From a bacterium (GTDB taxonomy: Bacteria > Margulisbacteria > Marinamargulisbacteria > GCA-2716485 > JAYNIM01), in NCBI GenBank assembly GCA_038109055.1, contig JAYNIM010000002.1:79759-143758 (forward strand): a stretch of DNA of 64,000 nucleotides, read 5' to 3'. The position numbers and the translations under genes were made by a program. Below are positions 19,808 through 30,535 of the stretch, in pieces; the stretch's first letter is position 1, and every line of letters begins with the position of its first letter. The notes beneath the pieces were generated by a model. That model had not been told where the DNA came from. It did not search any database and saw only the letters and a program-made list of their open reading frames with translations.

Positions 19808-21121
19808 TCACCTCACTAACTTAGTATATAAATCAAATATCTTTTGGGTAGCCAATTCCCAATTAATTTTTGGCAACTCATCCGACACCCCACACATCAA
19901 GTGCTGACGTAATGGCTGATAATCAACCAATGCCAACATTTTGTTCGCCATGTCATCCACGTCCCAAAAATCTACTTTCAAGACGTGATTTAAGACTTCA
20001 GACACTCCCGACGTCTTAGACAAAACGACCGGAACGCCATAATACAACGCCTCTAAAGGCGCAATACCAAAAGGTTCTGACACCGAGGGCAACACATACA
20101 CATCACTGGTACAAAACAAACGCTCGACCAACGCATCATTCAAAAAACCAGTAAAATAAAAATAATCGCCTAATCCCCAATACGTCACCTGCTCCATCAA
20201 CCACGGCATCATATCCCCTGAACCCGCAATAACAAAACGCACATCTCGACGATAATCCAAGACACGTCGAGCCGCTTTAATAAAATAATCAGGACCTTTT
20301 TGAAAGGTTAAACGCCCTAAATATAAGATAATCTTCTCCGAAATACGTTTCTTAAAGACAGATGTTTGCGACGACATCTTACGTGAGACCCCATTATGAA
20401 CAACCTCTATCTTATCTGCTGAGAGGCCGTAACGTTGAATTAAAATATTTTTTGTATAATGACTAACCGCAACCACTTTATCAGCCGAATGAACCCCATA
20501 CCGTTCTATCTGGTAAATCAATTGATTCATTGAGGATCCACTTCGGTCATACTCAGTCGCATGAATATGAACAACTACCGGTTTACCACTGTATTTTTTT
20601 GCTTCAAAAGCTGCAGGAATGGTCAACCAATCGTGGGCATGAATCATATCGTGCTCATACATCGTGGCAAAACAAGCAGCTTGAGCAGCATACATCATGA
20701 CCTGCATAAACATAGAGTCTCCAAAATCAACATTCAAAGGTGCTACTTCTTCAGCATCTGAAAACAATTTCAATTGCTTAGACATAAGCTCTACCATTGA
20801 ATCAACCTGTTCTGACAATTCAGAATATTGCTTATCATACGGCGTCACAGAAGATTCAACAGGCAATATGCGCAATTTCTCAAAATGGTCTTCACGATAC
20901 GTCTCCGTAACTGAACTAAAACGATCGATAGAAACTTTAGAACGATCCGCACCTAACAAGGACGTCTTTGAAAAAAGATCCTGATTGACCGAAGACCGTG
21001 GTAATACAAAGTATAATTTACTAACTAAGGGATCTAAATACTTAGCAATATTATAACAAGCCACCCCCAAACCACCTGAAATATAAGGAGGAAACTCCCA
21101 TCCATACATTAAAACTCGCAT
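19808..21121 (-). CDS. GT4 family glycosyltransferase
   Basis: GWEFPPYISGGLG, IHAHDW, PSVSEPFGIAPLEA. Confidence 0.92.
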   Translation of the reverse strand: MRVLMYGWEFPPYISGGLGVACYNIAKYLDPLVSKLYFVLPRSSVNQDLFSKTSLLGADRSKVSIDRFSSVTETYREDHFEKLRILPVESSVTPYDKQYSELSEQVDSMVELMSKQLKLFSDAEEVAPLNVDFGDSMFMQVMMYAAQAACFATMYEHDMIHAHDWLTIPAAFEAKKYSGKPVVVHIHATEYDRSGSSMNQLIYQIERYGVHSADKVVAVSHYTKNILIQRYGLSADKIEVVHNGVSRKMSSQTSVFKKRISEKIILYLGRLTFQKGPDYFIKAARRVLDYRRDVRFVIAGSGDMMPWLMEQVTYWGLGDYFYFTGFLNDALVERLFCTSDVYVLPSVSEPFGIAPLEALYYGVPVVLSKTSGVSEVLNHVLKVDFWDVDDMANKMLALVDYQPLRQHLMCGVSDELPKINWELATQKIFDLYTKLVR

Positions 21122-21255
21122 ATTTAAAAACCCTTTTTTATCTATTTACAAGTATATCCAATAATCAATATAAAACAAAGAAATTAATATAAATAAGAAA
21201 AAAATAAATAAATACGTAAAAAATTATAGAATTAACTAAAAAATACCCATAAACG

Positions 21256-22500
21256 TCAAGAGTCCAAGGCTAATGTAGAAATATCTTTTCCCATCGGGCT
21301 TTGAAAAACTTCCAAATCAAAATACGATAATACCGACAAAACATGCTCCATAATCTCAGATTGAATATCCTCATAAGTTACCCAATCTTGCTCTTTACTA
21401 AACACATACCATTGCAAAGGAAGCCCTTTATCCTGAGGCTGTAATTGTCGGACCATTAAGGTCATAGTTTGATGAAGGTCTGGATGCTGTCTTAAATAAA
21501 ACAACAGATACATTCTAAACAAATATACATTACTCAAGGACAAACGATTGAGCAACGACGTATCTTCCACATCTTGAGGAAAATGCTCCCCTCTTATTCC
21601 CTGTTCCTCAAAAAAAGGCCTCAATAAATCAATACGCGACAATCGCTCAAAAAGACCCGCATCACAGAAAGAAACAGAGGCCATGTCTATATACACACAA
21701 CGTTTAATCCGCCGAGCACCAGACTCTGACATCCCTCGCCAATTCTTAAATGAATCATTCACCAACGCTGCTGTTGGAATACTACTAATCGTTTTATCCC
21801 AATTTTGAACTTTCACACTCACCAAAGACACCTCTACCACATCACCATCCGCGCCATACTTAGGCATCTCAATCCAATCCCCTACCTGTACCATACGATT
21901 AATAGATAATTGCAAACTTGAAACAAAGCCTGACAAGGTATCCTTAAACACAAACATAATCACAGCCGTTAGCGCCCCTAATCCACTAATAAACCGCCAT
22001 GGACTTTTATTAAGAAAAACAGCCAAAACAACAATGCCACCAAAAACAAAAAGTAACAAACTTAAAAATTGAAAAACTGTATTTACTGCTACTTTTTGAT
22101 TATGCTTAAATTGCTGCAAGACCAATGCCAACGCTGACAACACTGCCTGGGCCGTCAATAATGCCACAACAAGCGTATAAACCATCGAAAATCGTTGTGC
22201 ATAGGACACAAAAACAGGAAAATCAGGAAAAAACAACGGAAGAGTGACATACGCAAGAATACCCGGAATAAGAAACATGACATACTGCAAAACCTTTGAT
22301 GATAACAAATAGTCATCCCATTGCGATTTACTACGCTGAATCAAGCGTGTCAAAACATGCAACAACCAACGTTTTAAGAAAAAATAAACAAAAAAAACAA
22401 AAGAAAAAAAGGCAAACCCCATCACCAAATGAACAACAAACAATAAACTCCAACCCTGCAAACCAAACGAACGGCATACAGTCATAACATAGGAATACAT
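21256..22500 (-). CDS. MscS family mechanosensitive channel (YbdG/MscM-like)
   Basis: GDWIEMPKYGADGDV, VKVQNWDKTI, FKNWRGM. Confidence 0.93.
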   Translation of the reverse strand: MYSYVMTVCRSFGLQGWSLLFVVHLVMGFAFFSFVFFVYFFLKRWLLHVLTRLIQRSKSQWDDYLLSSKVLQYVMFLIPGILAYVTLPLFFPDFPVFVSYAQRFSMVYTLVVALLTAQAVLSALALVLQQFKHNQKVAVNTVFQFLSLLLFVFGGIVVLAVFLNKSPWRFISGLGALTAVIMFVFKDTLSGFVSSLQLSINRMVQVGDWIEMPKYGADGDVVEVSLVSVKVQNWDKTISSIPTAALVNDSFKNWRGMSESGARRIKRCVYIDMASVSFCDAGLFERLSRIDLLRPFFEEQGIRGEHFPQDVEDTSLLNRLSLSNVYLFRMYLLFYLRQHPDLHQTMTLMVRQLQPQDKGLPLQWYVFSKEQDWVTYEDIQSEIMEHVLSVLSYFDLEVFQSPMGKDISTLALDS

Positions 22501-22585
22501 ACCTATAGTCTACTCAAAAACACCTAAAAAAGATACATCAAATTATAATATTGTAATATTATAATAACTAAAATATAATCAATCA

Positions 22586-23182
22586 ATGGATCGAAAAAAA
22601 ATAATAAAAACAATCGCTCCTGCCTTAGCATTAGGGTGTATATGCCTATGTATTCTCATCTATGAAAAATGGAAACAACCCTTAACAGACAAATGGATCC
22701 AACACGAACTTAAAAAAAGTCCCTTAACAGAAAATGTATTAACAAAAAAAAAATTAACTCATACCATCCACATCGCTGGCGCAGTCAATAAACCTGGCGT
22801 TTACCACATTAATCACGGGAAAAGAGTGATGGATATTATTGAACAAGCAGGGGGATTAAAAACAAATGCAAATTTAGACAAAGTAAATCTAGCTGCTAAA
22901 ATTAAAGATGGAAAACGTATCTTTATTCCTTTTAAAAAACATAGGCCTCTCTTAGCAAAAAACACCTCTATGACATATAAAATGTCCCCCATAAATATTA
23001 ACAACGCAACCCAAAAAATATTCTGTACAATAAACGGCATAGGCCCGAAAACCGCCCAAAGTATCATCCGATATAGACAAAAACATGGTCTATTCAAAAA
23101 CGTGGACGAACTACAAAAAGTTAAAGGGATTAGCCTAAAAAAAATTAGAAAATGGCAACAACAAGCTCAGCTAATACACTAA
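22586..23182 (+). CDS. comEA: Competence protein ComEA (SLBB + HhH)
   Basis: HIAGAVNKPGVY, ININNAT, GIGPKTAQSII, VKGI; N-terminal TM. Confidence 0.9.
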   Translation: MDRKKIIKTIAPALALGCICLCILIYEKWKQPLTDKWIQHELKKSPLTENVLTKKKLTHTIHIAGAVNKPGVYHINHGKRVMDIIEQAGGLKTNANLDKVNLAAKIKDGKRIFIPFKKHRPLLAKNTSMTYKMSPININNATQKIFCTINGIGPKTAQSIIRYRQKHGLFKNVDELQKVKGISLKKIRKWQQQAQLIH

Positions 23183-23185
23183 ACA

Positions 23186-24394
23186 CTAACCTAAGTCAGA
23201 AACAAATTGCTGTAAGCGAGATAAGGCCTCTTGAATATCGGCCTCACTCGTTGCATAAGACAAACGAATATTCTGATCCGCCCCAAATCCAATACCAGGA
23301 ACTGCCGCAACCAAATATTCATCTAAAAAGGCTGCACAAAAACTCAACGAATCTACAACATCAACCCCTTTTTTACTACGCTTACCATAAAAAGCCGAAA
23401 TATTAGGAAACGCGTAAAAGGCACCCTGAGGCAACAAAGACGTCACGCCTTGAATATTATTTAATCCGTCCACCATTAATTGACGTCTTACATCAAAAAC
23501 TTGTCTCATTTCTTCCACGCAGTCCTGAGAGCCTGAAAAAGCAGCCAAAGCGGCATATTGTGCAGGTGTACAGGGGTTCGAAGTACTATGACTTTGCATC
23601 CCCCCCATCACCTTAGCCAAAGGCTGAGGAACAATCGCATAGCCTATACGCCAACCCGTCATTGCATATGCTTTCGCTACTCCATCTACTAAAAACGTCT
23701 TTTCCTTCAAATCAGTTGATAAGGTCGCAATACTAACATGTTCAGTCCCATACACTAATTTGCCATAAATCTCATCAGAAAGAACAAAGATATCATGCCT
23801 TAAAATAACCTCTCCTAAAGCAGATAATTCCTCTTTGGTGTAAACCATTCCAGTAGGATTAGAAGGTGAATTCAAAATTAGCAGCTTTGTTCGTGGGGTA
23901 ATGACTGATGCCAATTTTTCAGCTGTAATTTTATAGGCAGTGGACTCATCACAGGTCACGACAACAGGCTTAACCCCCAACATTTTCAATTGATCTGGAT
24001 AGCTCACCCAATAAGGCGCAGGTACAACGACTTCATCCCCTGGATTCAAAAACGCCGCCATCAACGCAAATATGCTATGTTTAGCGCCACAAGAAACCAC
24101 CACCTGGCTAGCCTCATAAGAAAGTCCTTGATCCTTTAAAACCCGTTCACAAATTGCCTCTTTTAAAACAGGCAGTCCAGAGGCGGCGGTATAACGTGTT
24201 TTACCCTCTTGAATCGCACGAATACCCGCATCACAAATATGCTGAGGCGTATCCATATCCGGTTCACCTGCCGACATCCCAATCACGGCTTTACCTTGTT
24301 GCTTTAATTCATTAGCCTTAGCCGTAATTGCCATCGTTAAACTAGGCGAAATAGACAACCCTAACTCTGACAACTCAATTAATTTTTCAGTCAT
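23186..24394 (-). CDS. aspC: PLP-dependent class I aminotransferase (aspartate aminotransferase)
   Basis: GEPD, NSPSNPTG, SDEIY, AKAYAMTGWRIGY; ATG at 24394 preferred. Confidence 0.9.
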   Translation of the reverse strand: MTEKLIELSELGLSISPSLTMAITAKANELKQQGKAVIGMSAGEPDMDTPQHICDAGIRAIQEGKTRYTAASGLPVLKEAICERVLKDQGLSYEASQVVVSCGAKHSIFALMAAFLNPGDEVVVPAPYWVSYPDQLKMLGVKPVVVTCDESTAYKITAEKLASVITPRTKLLILNSPSNPTGMVYTKEELSALGEVILRHDIFVLSDEIYGKLVYGTEHVSIATLSTDLKEKTFLVDGVAKAYAMTGWRIGYAIVPQPLAKVMGGMQSHSTSNPCTPAQYAALAAFSGSQDCVEEMRQVFDVRRQLMVDGLNNIQGVTSLLPQGAFYAFPNISAFYGKRSKKGVDVVDSLSFCAAFLDEYLVAAVPGIGFGADQNIRLSYATSEADIQEALSRLQQFVSDLG

Positions 24395-24450
24395 AATAGA
24401 TTTATTAAAACATGTCACTAGCTAAAATTGAAGTCACAAACAGCAAGCTA

Positions 24451-25209
24451 TCAAGAAAAGACCTTAACTTCTGCATTCTCATCAAAACGAGCAAGCTCTA
24501 GTACATCCAATCCCGTCATTGCCTTTCGCAAACGAGAAGCAATCTCAGGCACTACCAATACTTCCGATGCATAATGTCCTACTGTGATTATACGAATCCC
24601 ATGAAAGGCACAAAAAACATGGTCATGGTAGGTCACCTCGCCCGTAACAAAAGTATCGACCCCCAAATCTGGCAGCGCAGTGACCAAGCCATGCCCAGAG
24701 CCTGCACAAAACCCAATTTTTTGAACTGGCCTAACATCCTGGTCCCCCAATACCCGGCACGGCATCACTGAACGCAAAGCCTTAAAATCCAATTCACACG
24801 CTAACACCCCACCAAACCCCTCCAAAATCGGCATGGCATGCTGCGCCTCTAATCCATAATGTCTAATCAAACAATCATTTACCCCCCCCTTCGCCACATC
24901 CAAGTTAGTATGCGCCGAAAAAACAGCCGTTTGATTAGAAAAACAAGCAACTAAAACCTGTCCTAAATCACCTCGATAATCAATCGATTTTATAGGCTTA
25001 AAAAACAAAGGATGATGCGTGATAACCATATCCACTTTTCGTTGGTTCATCAATTGTAAGACATCACCATCAATTTCAAGTGCAACCAACACAGTGGAAA
25101 TAGATTGCGAACTATCTCCCAACTGTAGCCCAACATTATCCCAAGAAGCTGCGGAGTCCAGGGGTGCCCACGTTTCAAAAAATGCCACAATGTCAGCAAC
25201 CGTTGTCAT
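24451..25209 (-). CDS. Nif3-like dinuclear metal protein (YbgI family)
   Basis: WDNVGLQLG, ITHHPLFF, HTNLD, GHYASE; ATG 25209 follows TTGCAA-17-TATTCT. Confidence 0.92.
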   Translation of the reverse strand: MTTVADIVAFFETWAPLDSAASWDNVGLQLGDSSQSISTVLVALEIDGDVLQLMNQRKVDMVITHHPLFFKPIKSIDYRGDLGQVLVACFSNQTAVFSAHTNLDVAKGGVNDCLIRHYGLEAQHAMPILEGFGGVLACELDFKALRSVMPCRVLGDQDVRPVQKIGFCAGSGHGLVTALPDLGVDTFVTGEVTYHDHVFCAFHGIRIITVGHYASEVLVVPEIASRLRKAMTGLDVLELARFDENAEVKVFS

Positions 25210-25299
25210 GAATACAGAATAAGGGCTTACATCACAGCTTGCAAGATAAAGAAAAAACAATTTTGAACTAATAAAAAAACAATGTTAAATTAAAGTGAC

Positions 25300-26349
25300 A
25301 TGCAACAAACTCCTTTTCAAGATTTTGATATATCCAAATGGATCAAAAAAATTCTTACTACCTCTTACTTTTTAATTGGGTCAGCCATACTCATTTCTAT
25401 TCTATTGTTTTTTACAACCTGCTTTACCTACATTAAGCCCTACGAGTACGGTGTAAAACAAATCAATATAGGTATCAAGCGTGGAATTAAAGAAAAAATT
25501 TATGAACCAGGCTATCATTTTGTAATCCCCTTTGGCGTAGAAGAAATGCATCATTTCCCCAAAGATCTTCAAATTCTTGACCTGACTAACCACAACACCC
25601 AAATCACCAGTACATTCAGAGACAAAGCCGCCAACATCCAAACCTCTGACGGGTTTTTTGTAGAAGTAGATGTCTCCATTTTATTTAGTATCGACGACCC
25701 TTTAAAAGTGATAAAAACCATTGGTCCTGGCGATCTTTATTTTTACAATGGTCTTCTACCAAAAGCTGAACCCGTATTAAAAGAAACATTAGGGACCTTA
25801 ACGACAGAAGAGTTTTATAACCCCTACTTAAGAACAGCAAAGATGAAACTAGCTAAAACTCAATTGCAAAACGAGCTAAAATCCAAAGGAATTAATATTT
25901 CCCAAATTCTAATCCGCTATTTCCGCTACAGCGATGAAATACAAAAAAACATTGAAGAAAAAAAATTAAAAGATCAATTAGTCTTTAAAAATCAAGCAGA
26001 AGCTCGCGCAGCAATGGAAGCTGCATTATTAAGCAAAACTATCGAAGAAGGTGAAATGTCTGTTCAAATAAAAATAGAAGAAGGCAATGCCTACAGACAA
26101 CGTAAAAAAGGTGAACAAGAACTTTATCAGCGCCGTAAAAAAGCAGCTGCCAATCTTTTAGTTAGCAGAGCAGAAGCTGAAAAAGTTAGATTAAAAAATA
26201 CAGCTCTACAAGGGCTCGGATCCAACAATTTAATTGGTCTTGAAATGGCGAAAGTATTAGATGGTATTGAATTAATTATTCTACCATCAAATGGTTCCCA
26301 GGGATTCAATCCATTTAATCTTGAAAAAACGAGGCTGTTATTCGAATAA
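25300..26349 (+). CDS. SPFH/band 7 family membrane protein
   Basis: N-terminal TM, YEPGYHFVIPF, TSDGFFVEVDVSI, Ala/Glu-rich coiled coil. Confidence 0.85.
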   Translation: MQQTPFQDFDISKWIKKILTTSYFLIGSAILISILLFFTTCFTYIKPYEYGVKQINIGIKRGIKEKIYEPGYHFVIPFGVEEMHHFPKDLQILDLTNHNTQITSTFRDKAANIQTSDGFFVEVDVSILFSIDDPLKVIKTIGPGDLYFYNGLLPKAEPVLKETLGTLTTEEFYNPYLRTAKMKLAKTQLQNELKSKGINISQILIRYFRYSDEIQKNIEEKKLKDQLVFKNQAEARAAMEAALLSKTIEEGEMSVQIKIEEGNAYRQRKKGEQELYQRRKKAAANLLVSRAEAEKVRLKNTALQGLGSNNLIGLEMAKVLDGIELIILPSNGSQGFNPFNLEKTRLLFE

Positions 26350-27386
26350 TGAAAAAAACAATCAAAAAACTAATCCCTGCCACCTTATTAGGTCTTTTAC
26401 TAATCAGTCAAAGCGGTTGTATTCTCCATCACACAAAATCAAATGAAGTCGGAGTCAAAACCGTCAAATGGTCCCTCTTAAATAAAAAAGGCATCGATCA
26501 AAAGATCTTTCCTCCTGCATCTACTTATTTTTTTCTTCCCCTTATTAACGATTGGCACACCTTTGATATCAATCTACAAAATATCCATATGACCTTTAAT
26601 AATTTAAGAGGAGATGTAATTGGGCAAGACGACATTAAATTTAAAACCATCGATGGCAATGATATTGCCTTAGATTTAGTCATTGCGTATAGAGTTATAC
26701 CAGAAAAAGCCCCTTATATACTCGGCTATGTTGCTAAAAATGATCAAGAACTACGAAATAAAATTATACGAACAATTGCCAGAAGCCGCCCTAGAGATAT
26801 TTTTGGCGAACTTGAAACCGAACAATTTTACAAAGCCGAACTAAGAGCAGAAAAATCAGAAAAAGCAAAAAATATATTAAACAAGATTTTAAATCCTTAC
26901 GGGGTCATCATAGAACGAGTACTCACTAAAGATTATCGCTTTAATACAGCCTATCAACAAGCTATTGAAGACAAAAAAATAGCTGATCAAAAAACGGAAC
27001 AAAATAAATCCGCTAAAAAAGCAAAAGAAGAAGAATATAAACGAAAACTAGAAGAAGCCAAAGGAGAAGTCAACAAAACTATTGCCAATGCCAACGGACA
27101 ATTCGAAAAAGCTAAAATCGAAACAGACGCCTACTACATTAAACAAGAAAAAATTGCCAAAGCTATTTTAGCAGAGGGTAAAGCCGAAGCCGAAGCTATC
27201 TTAAAAATGAAAAAAGCCTTATCCCAACATGGCGGTAAAATAATGGTTAAACTAGAAATGGCCAAAGCGTTACAAAACAAAAAAATTCTTTTATTACCCT
27301 CTGGCGCCAATGGTCAAATAGATTTAAAAACATTGGACATGAACAAACTCATAGAAACAAAAGGTCTACAATCTCTAAGCAAATAA
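26349..27386 (+). CDS. SPFH/band 7 family protein (second of pair; possible lipoprotein)
   Basis: FKTIDGNDIALDL, YQQAIEDKKIADQ coiled coil; signal ending in SQSGC. Confidence 0.85.
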   Translation: MKKTIKKLIPATLLGLLLISQSGCILHHTKSNEVGVKTVKWSLLNKKGIDQKIFPPASTYFFLPLINDWHTFDINLQNIHMTFNNLRGDVIGQDDIKFKTIDGNDIALDLVIAYRVIPEKAPYILGYVAKNDQELRNKIIRTIARSRPRDIFGELETEQFYKAELRAEKSEKAKNILNKILNPYGVIIERVLTKDYRFNTAYQQAIEDKKIADQKTEQNKSAKKAKEEEYKRKLEEAKGEVNKTIANANGQFEKAKIETDAYYIKQEKIAKAILAEGKAEAEAILKMKKALSQHGGKIMVKLEMAKALQNKKILLLPSGANGQIDLKTLDMNKLIETKGLQSLSK

Positions 27387-27402
27387 CGTAAAATACATCC
27401 CC

Positions 27403-28335
27403 ATGGGAACCTCACTTCATCTTCCAAACACAATTCGCCTTCTTGAATGTATCATCCATCATCTAGAGCCCATTCTAAGTATTTTAAAAAACAAAAACGA
27501 CGAGATAATTTATTTCAAAACACTGATCAAGAACAATACTGAATTAAACAAAGATCCATCTTTTATCACTTCAGAAGAAAGAATAACCTTTTTACAAATC
27601 CTCATGTTAGTAAGCTTATCCATGTATGGAGGTATTCATATCCCCTGTATCAAACAATTTACATCAACCACAAACACCGTACGAATTTGTTGGGATACTG
27701 GCCTGATAGATCAATTTAATTTTGGGGTCTATAACAATGATTTCATCCATTTTGCACACAGTTATCAAAACAGATTATCGTCTACAAAATTAAAAAAACG
27801 CCACATCGCAAGCAATATTTTCAGAGGTATTTATCAATTTCTATTTTCATATAAAAAAATATTAATAGAATGTAATCAACGTTTTGAAAAGATAATCACC
27901 CCAAGCCAACCCATAGAACAAATTCTAAAAAATAACGAAGACTTATTATTTTTAGTCATATCTTCCCTCCCTACAGATCAAATAAATACCCTTTTTATTT
28001 ACCTACAGCAATTTTTACCAGACGATCTTAAAGTAAAAAGCCAAAGTGGAAATACCATCAGTGTTAAACAACTATTCCAAAGTTCAGCAAGTAATTACAA
28101 TTTTTTAATGGAAAAAAATAACGCCTACCTAGAACTGTTTTATGACCATAAAAAACCTATTATCAAAGAAATAACCCACATAAAAACTATAGAATTTTTA
28201 AGCAAAAAAAGTACAAACCATAAAATAAATACAAGCCTAAAAGACGAACTCAAAAAAACTAAAGCACAACAAATAGATTTTCGTTTATCCTTACTAAACC
28301 TATTTATTCCTACATTAGATAAAATTTGCGGCTAA
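27403..28335 (+). CDS. Hypothetical protein
   Basis: 310 aa ORF with host-like plus-strand composition; no recognised motif. Confidence 0.7.
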   Translation: MGTSLHLPNTIRLLECIIHHLEPILSILKNKNDEIIYFKTLIKNNTELNKDPSFITSEERITFLQILMLVSLSMYGGIHIPCIKQFTSTTNTVRICWDTGLIDQFNFGVYNNDFIHFAHSYQNRLSSTKLKKRHIASNIFRGIYQFLFSYKKILIECNQRFEKIITPSQPIEQILKNNEDLLFLVISSLPTDQINTLFIYLQQFLPDDLKVKSQSGNTISVKQLFQSSASNYNFLMEKNNAYLELFYDHKKPIIKEITHIKTIEFLSKKSTNHKINTSLKDELKKTKAQQIDFRLSLLNLFIPTLDKICG

Positions 28336-28337
28336 AA

Positions 28338-29459
28338 ATGAAAAAAAGAATTTATCTAGATAACAACGCCAGCACACCAATTCACCCAGAAATAATCAAA
28401 AACTACAAAAAAAACCTAGCGTTATACGGCAACCCTTCAAGTTTACATCAAGAAGGTCGTAAAGCAAGAGCCGCCATAGAAAAAGCCAGGGAAGATATTG
28501 CCCACATCATCAATGCCAACCCAGAACAACTAATTTTTACAAGTTCGGGCTGTGAAAGCAATAGCCAAATTCTTCAAAGCCTGTGTAAGAATACCCTCGC
28601 AGACCAACTGTTATACGAAGCATCTGCTCATTCAAGCATTCGATATACAGCAAACTATCTCAGCCAAAACAACATAGAAACAAAAAGCATAGAAGTGGAT
28701 CAATTAGGTCACATTAATCAACATGTATTAAAAAATAAGGTCACAAAAAAAAGCCTACTATCCTTTCTATGGGCAAACAATGAAACCGGTACCATCCAAC
28801 ATGTCTCTGAACTAATAAACGACACATATCCAGCCCCTATCTTATATCATTGTGATGCTGTACAAGCACTAGGAAAAGTCCCAATCGACTGCCATAAAAG
28901 CAACTTAGATTTTCTAAGTTTTTCTAGTCACAAAATATACGCCCCAAAAGGAACTGGGTTAATCTATTGCAAAGATATCAATCAACTTAAACCTCTCATC
29001 CAAGGACCCAGCCACGAACAAGGTCTTCGACCTGGAACAGAGAATATTGCTGGTATCATCGCCTTTGCACAGGCACTCCAGCTACTCCAAGACATGGATA
29101 TGTCACATATCAAAACATATAAAGAAAAATTATTAAACAATCTACAAAATAATTTACCTCAATTAATCCATATAGGTGATCCAATTAACTGTCTTAGCAA
29201 TACATTATGCCTCAGTTTCCCTCATATGAATGGTCATAATTTAGCTATAAGTCTGGATCTTGAAGGAATAGCCGTTTCAACTGGTTCAGCATGCTCTGTC
29301 GGCGCCATCGAAGCCTCTCCCGTACTAAAAGCGATGGGCATTGATGAAAACATCAATAAAAGCTCCATCAGAATAAGCCTGGGATACTTCACAACAGAAA
29401 ATGACATAGATACCACCATCCAGACAATCACAAAAATAGTAAAAAAACACAGGTCTTAA
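28338..29459 (+). CDS. iscS: Cysteine desulfurase (IscS/NifS family)
   Basis: IYLDNNAST, GNPSSLH, SSHKIYAPKG, STGSACS. Confidence 0.92.
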   Translation: MKKRIYLDNNASTPIHPEIIKNYKKNLALYGNPSSLHQEGRKARAAIEKAREDIAHIINANPEQLIFTSSGCESNSQILQSLCKNTLADQLLYEASAHSSIRYTANYLSQNNIETKSIEVDQLGHINQHVLKNKVTKKSLLSFLWANNETGTIQHVSELINDTYPAPILYHCDAVQALGKVPIDCHKSNLDFLSFSSHKIYAPKGTGLIYCKDINQLKPLIQGPSHEQGLRPGTENIAGIIAFAQALQLLQDMDMSHIKTYKEKLLNNLQNNLPQLIHIGDPINCLSNTLCLSFPHMNGHNLAISLDLEGIAVSTGSACSVGAIEASPVLKAMGIDENINKSSIRISLGYFTTENDIDTTIQTITKIVKKHRS

Positions 29460-29464
29460 CAAGA

Positions 29465-29941
29465 ATGTACTATCTTATAGACGCGTACAATTTAATCGGT
29501 TACTGCAAGACCATCCACCTACACGACATAAACAAAGAAGAAAAACTTTTGACGCTTATCGAAACCATCCCCTTCAAAAAAAAGGACCTCATCGAACTCG
29601 TATTTGACGGAAAGTCTGATTTATCCCCCTGGGGCAGCCAAAATAGTCATAACAATATTAGATGTATATTTACCGCCCATGACCAAAATGCAGATCATTT
29701 TATCATCAACAAACTAACCCTAAATAAAGACATAATCACCGTTATCTCTTCTGACAATGAAATAAAACAAGCTTGTAAAAAACAACATAACTGCCACATT
29801 ATTAACTGCCAAGAGTTTTTAAAAAAAGTCCTCCCCTCTCCAAAAAAATCGACAAAACCTAACAAAAGCTCTAAAGAAGAAACAAACTATTGGCTTAATC
29901 TATGGAAAAATAAAAACACTAAGTCATCCTCTATCTCCTAG
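29465..29941 (+). CDS. NYN domain (YacP-like) ribonuclease
   Basis: YLIDAYNLIG, VFDG, ADHFI, VISSDNEI. Confidence 0.85.
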   Translation: MYYLIDAYNLIGYCKTIHLHDINKEEKLLTLIETIPFKKKDLIELVFDGKSDLSPWGSQNSHNNIRCIFTAHDQNADHFIINKLTLNKDIITVISSDNEIKQACKKQHNCHIINCQEFLKKVLPSPKKSTKPNKSSKEETNYWLNLWKNKNTKSSSIS

Positions 29942-29974
29942 CACAACAAAAAAAAATTATGTTATTCTTGAAGG

Positions 29975-30535
29975 ATGACACACAATAAAAGCTCAAACCC
30001 CTCTCAAAAAAACAGAAATAGAAACAGAAACAGAAATAGAAATAGAAATTATAACCAAAATAAAACCAACCAAGCACAAAAAGAAAGAAAAATTAAACAA
30101 TGGCAACACATTACCCAACATTTTTCGATCAAAGACTTTCAAACATCTACTCCAGATAAAGATCAAAAGGTTGACGCCAAATTTAGAATCAGTTTAGGCC
30201 TAATTGGTGGTTTAGAACTATTACAAACACTATGCAAAGAACCCATAAAAATTATTAAAGGCTTTGAATATGATACCTCTAAAAGCAGCAGAAAGAACTA
30301 TCATACAATGGGACTTGCAGCAGATATTTCTTGCAGCAAACTAAGTGCAGATAAAATATTCTTACTAGCAGAAAAAGTGCCCGAATTTAAAGGAATCGGA
30401 CTTAATATGACAGAAAATTATGTACACGTAGATTGTAGAAAAGAAGACGAAAGGAGTCTATGGGTTGAAGAAAACAACACAATCATAGATCTAACACAAG
30501 AAAACCGCTACAAATATCTTGCCAACAACGATTAA
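29975..30535 (+). CDS. Peptidase M15A-like zinc D-Ala-D-Ala peptidase domain with N-terminal Asn-Arg repeat
   Basis: HTMGLAADI (HxxxxxxD) and YVHVDCR. Confidence 0.8.
   Translation: MTHNKSSNPSQKNRNRNRNRNRNRNYNQNKTNQAQKERKIKQWQHITQHFSIKDFQTSTPDKDQKVDAKFRISLGLIGGLELLQTLCKEPIKIIKGFEYDTSKSSRKNYHTMGLAADISCSKLSADKIFLLAEKVPEFKGIGLNMTENYVHVDCRKEDERSLWVEENNTIIDLTQENRYKYLANND
30011..30049 (+). repeat. Hexanucleotide tandem repeat AA(C/T)AGA encoding (NR)6N
   Basis: aacagaaatagaaacagaaacagaaatagaaatagaaat. Confidence 0.9.
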
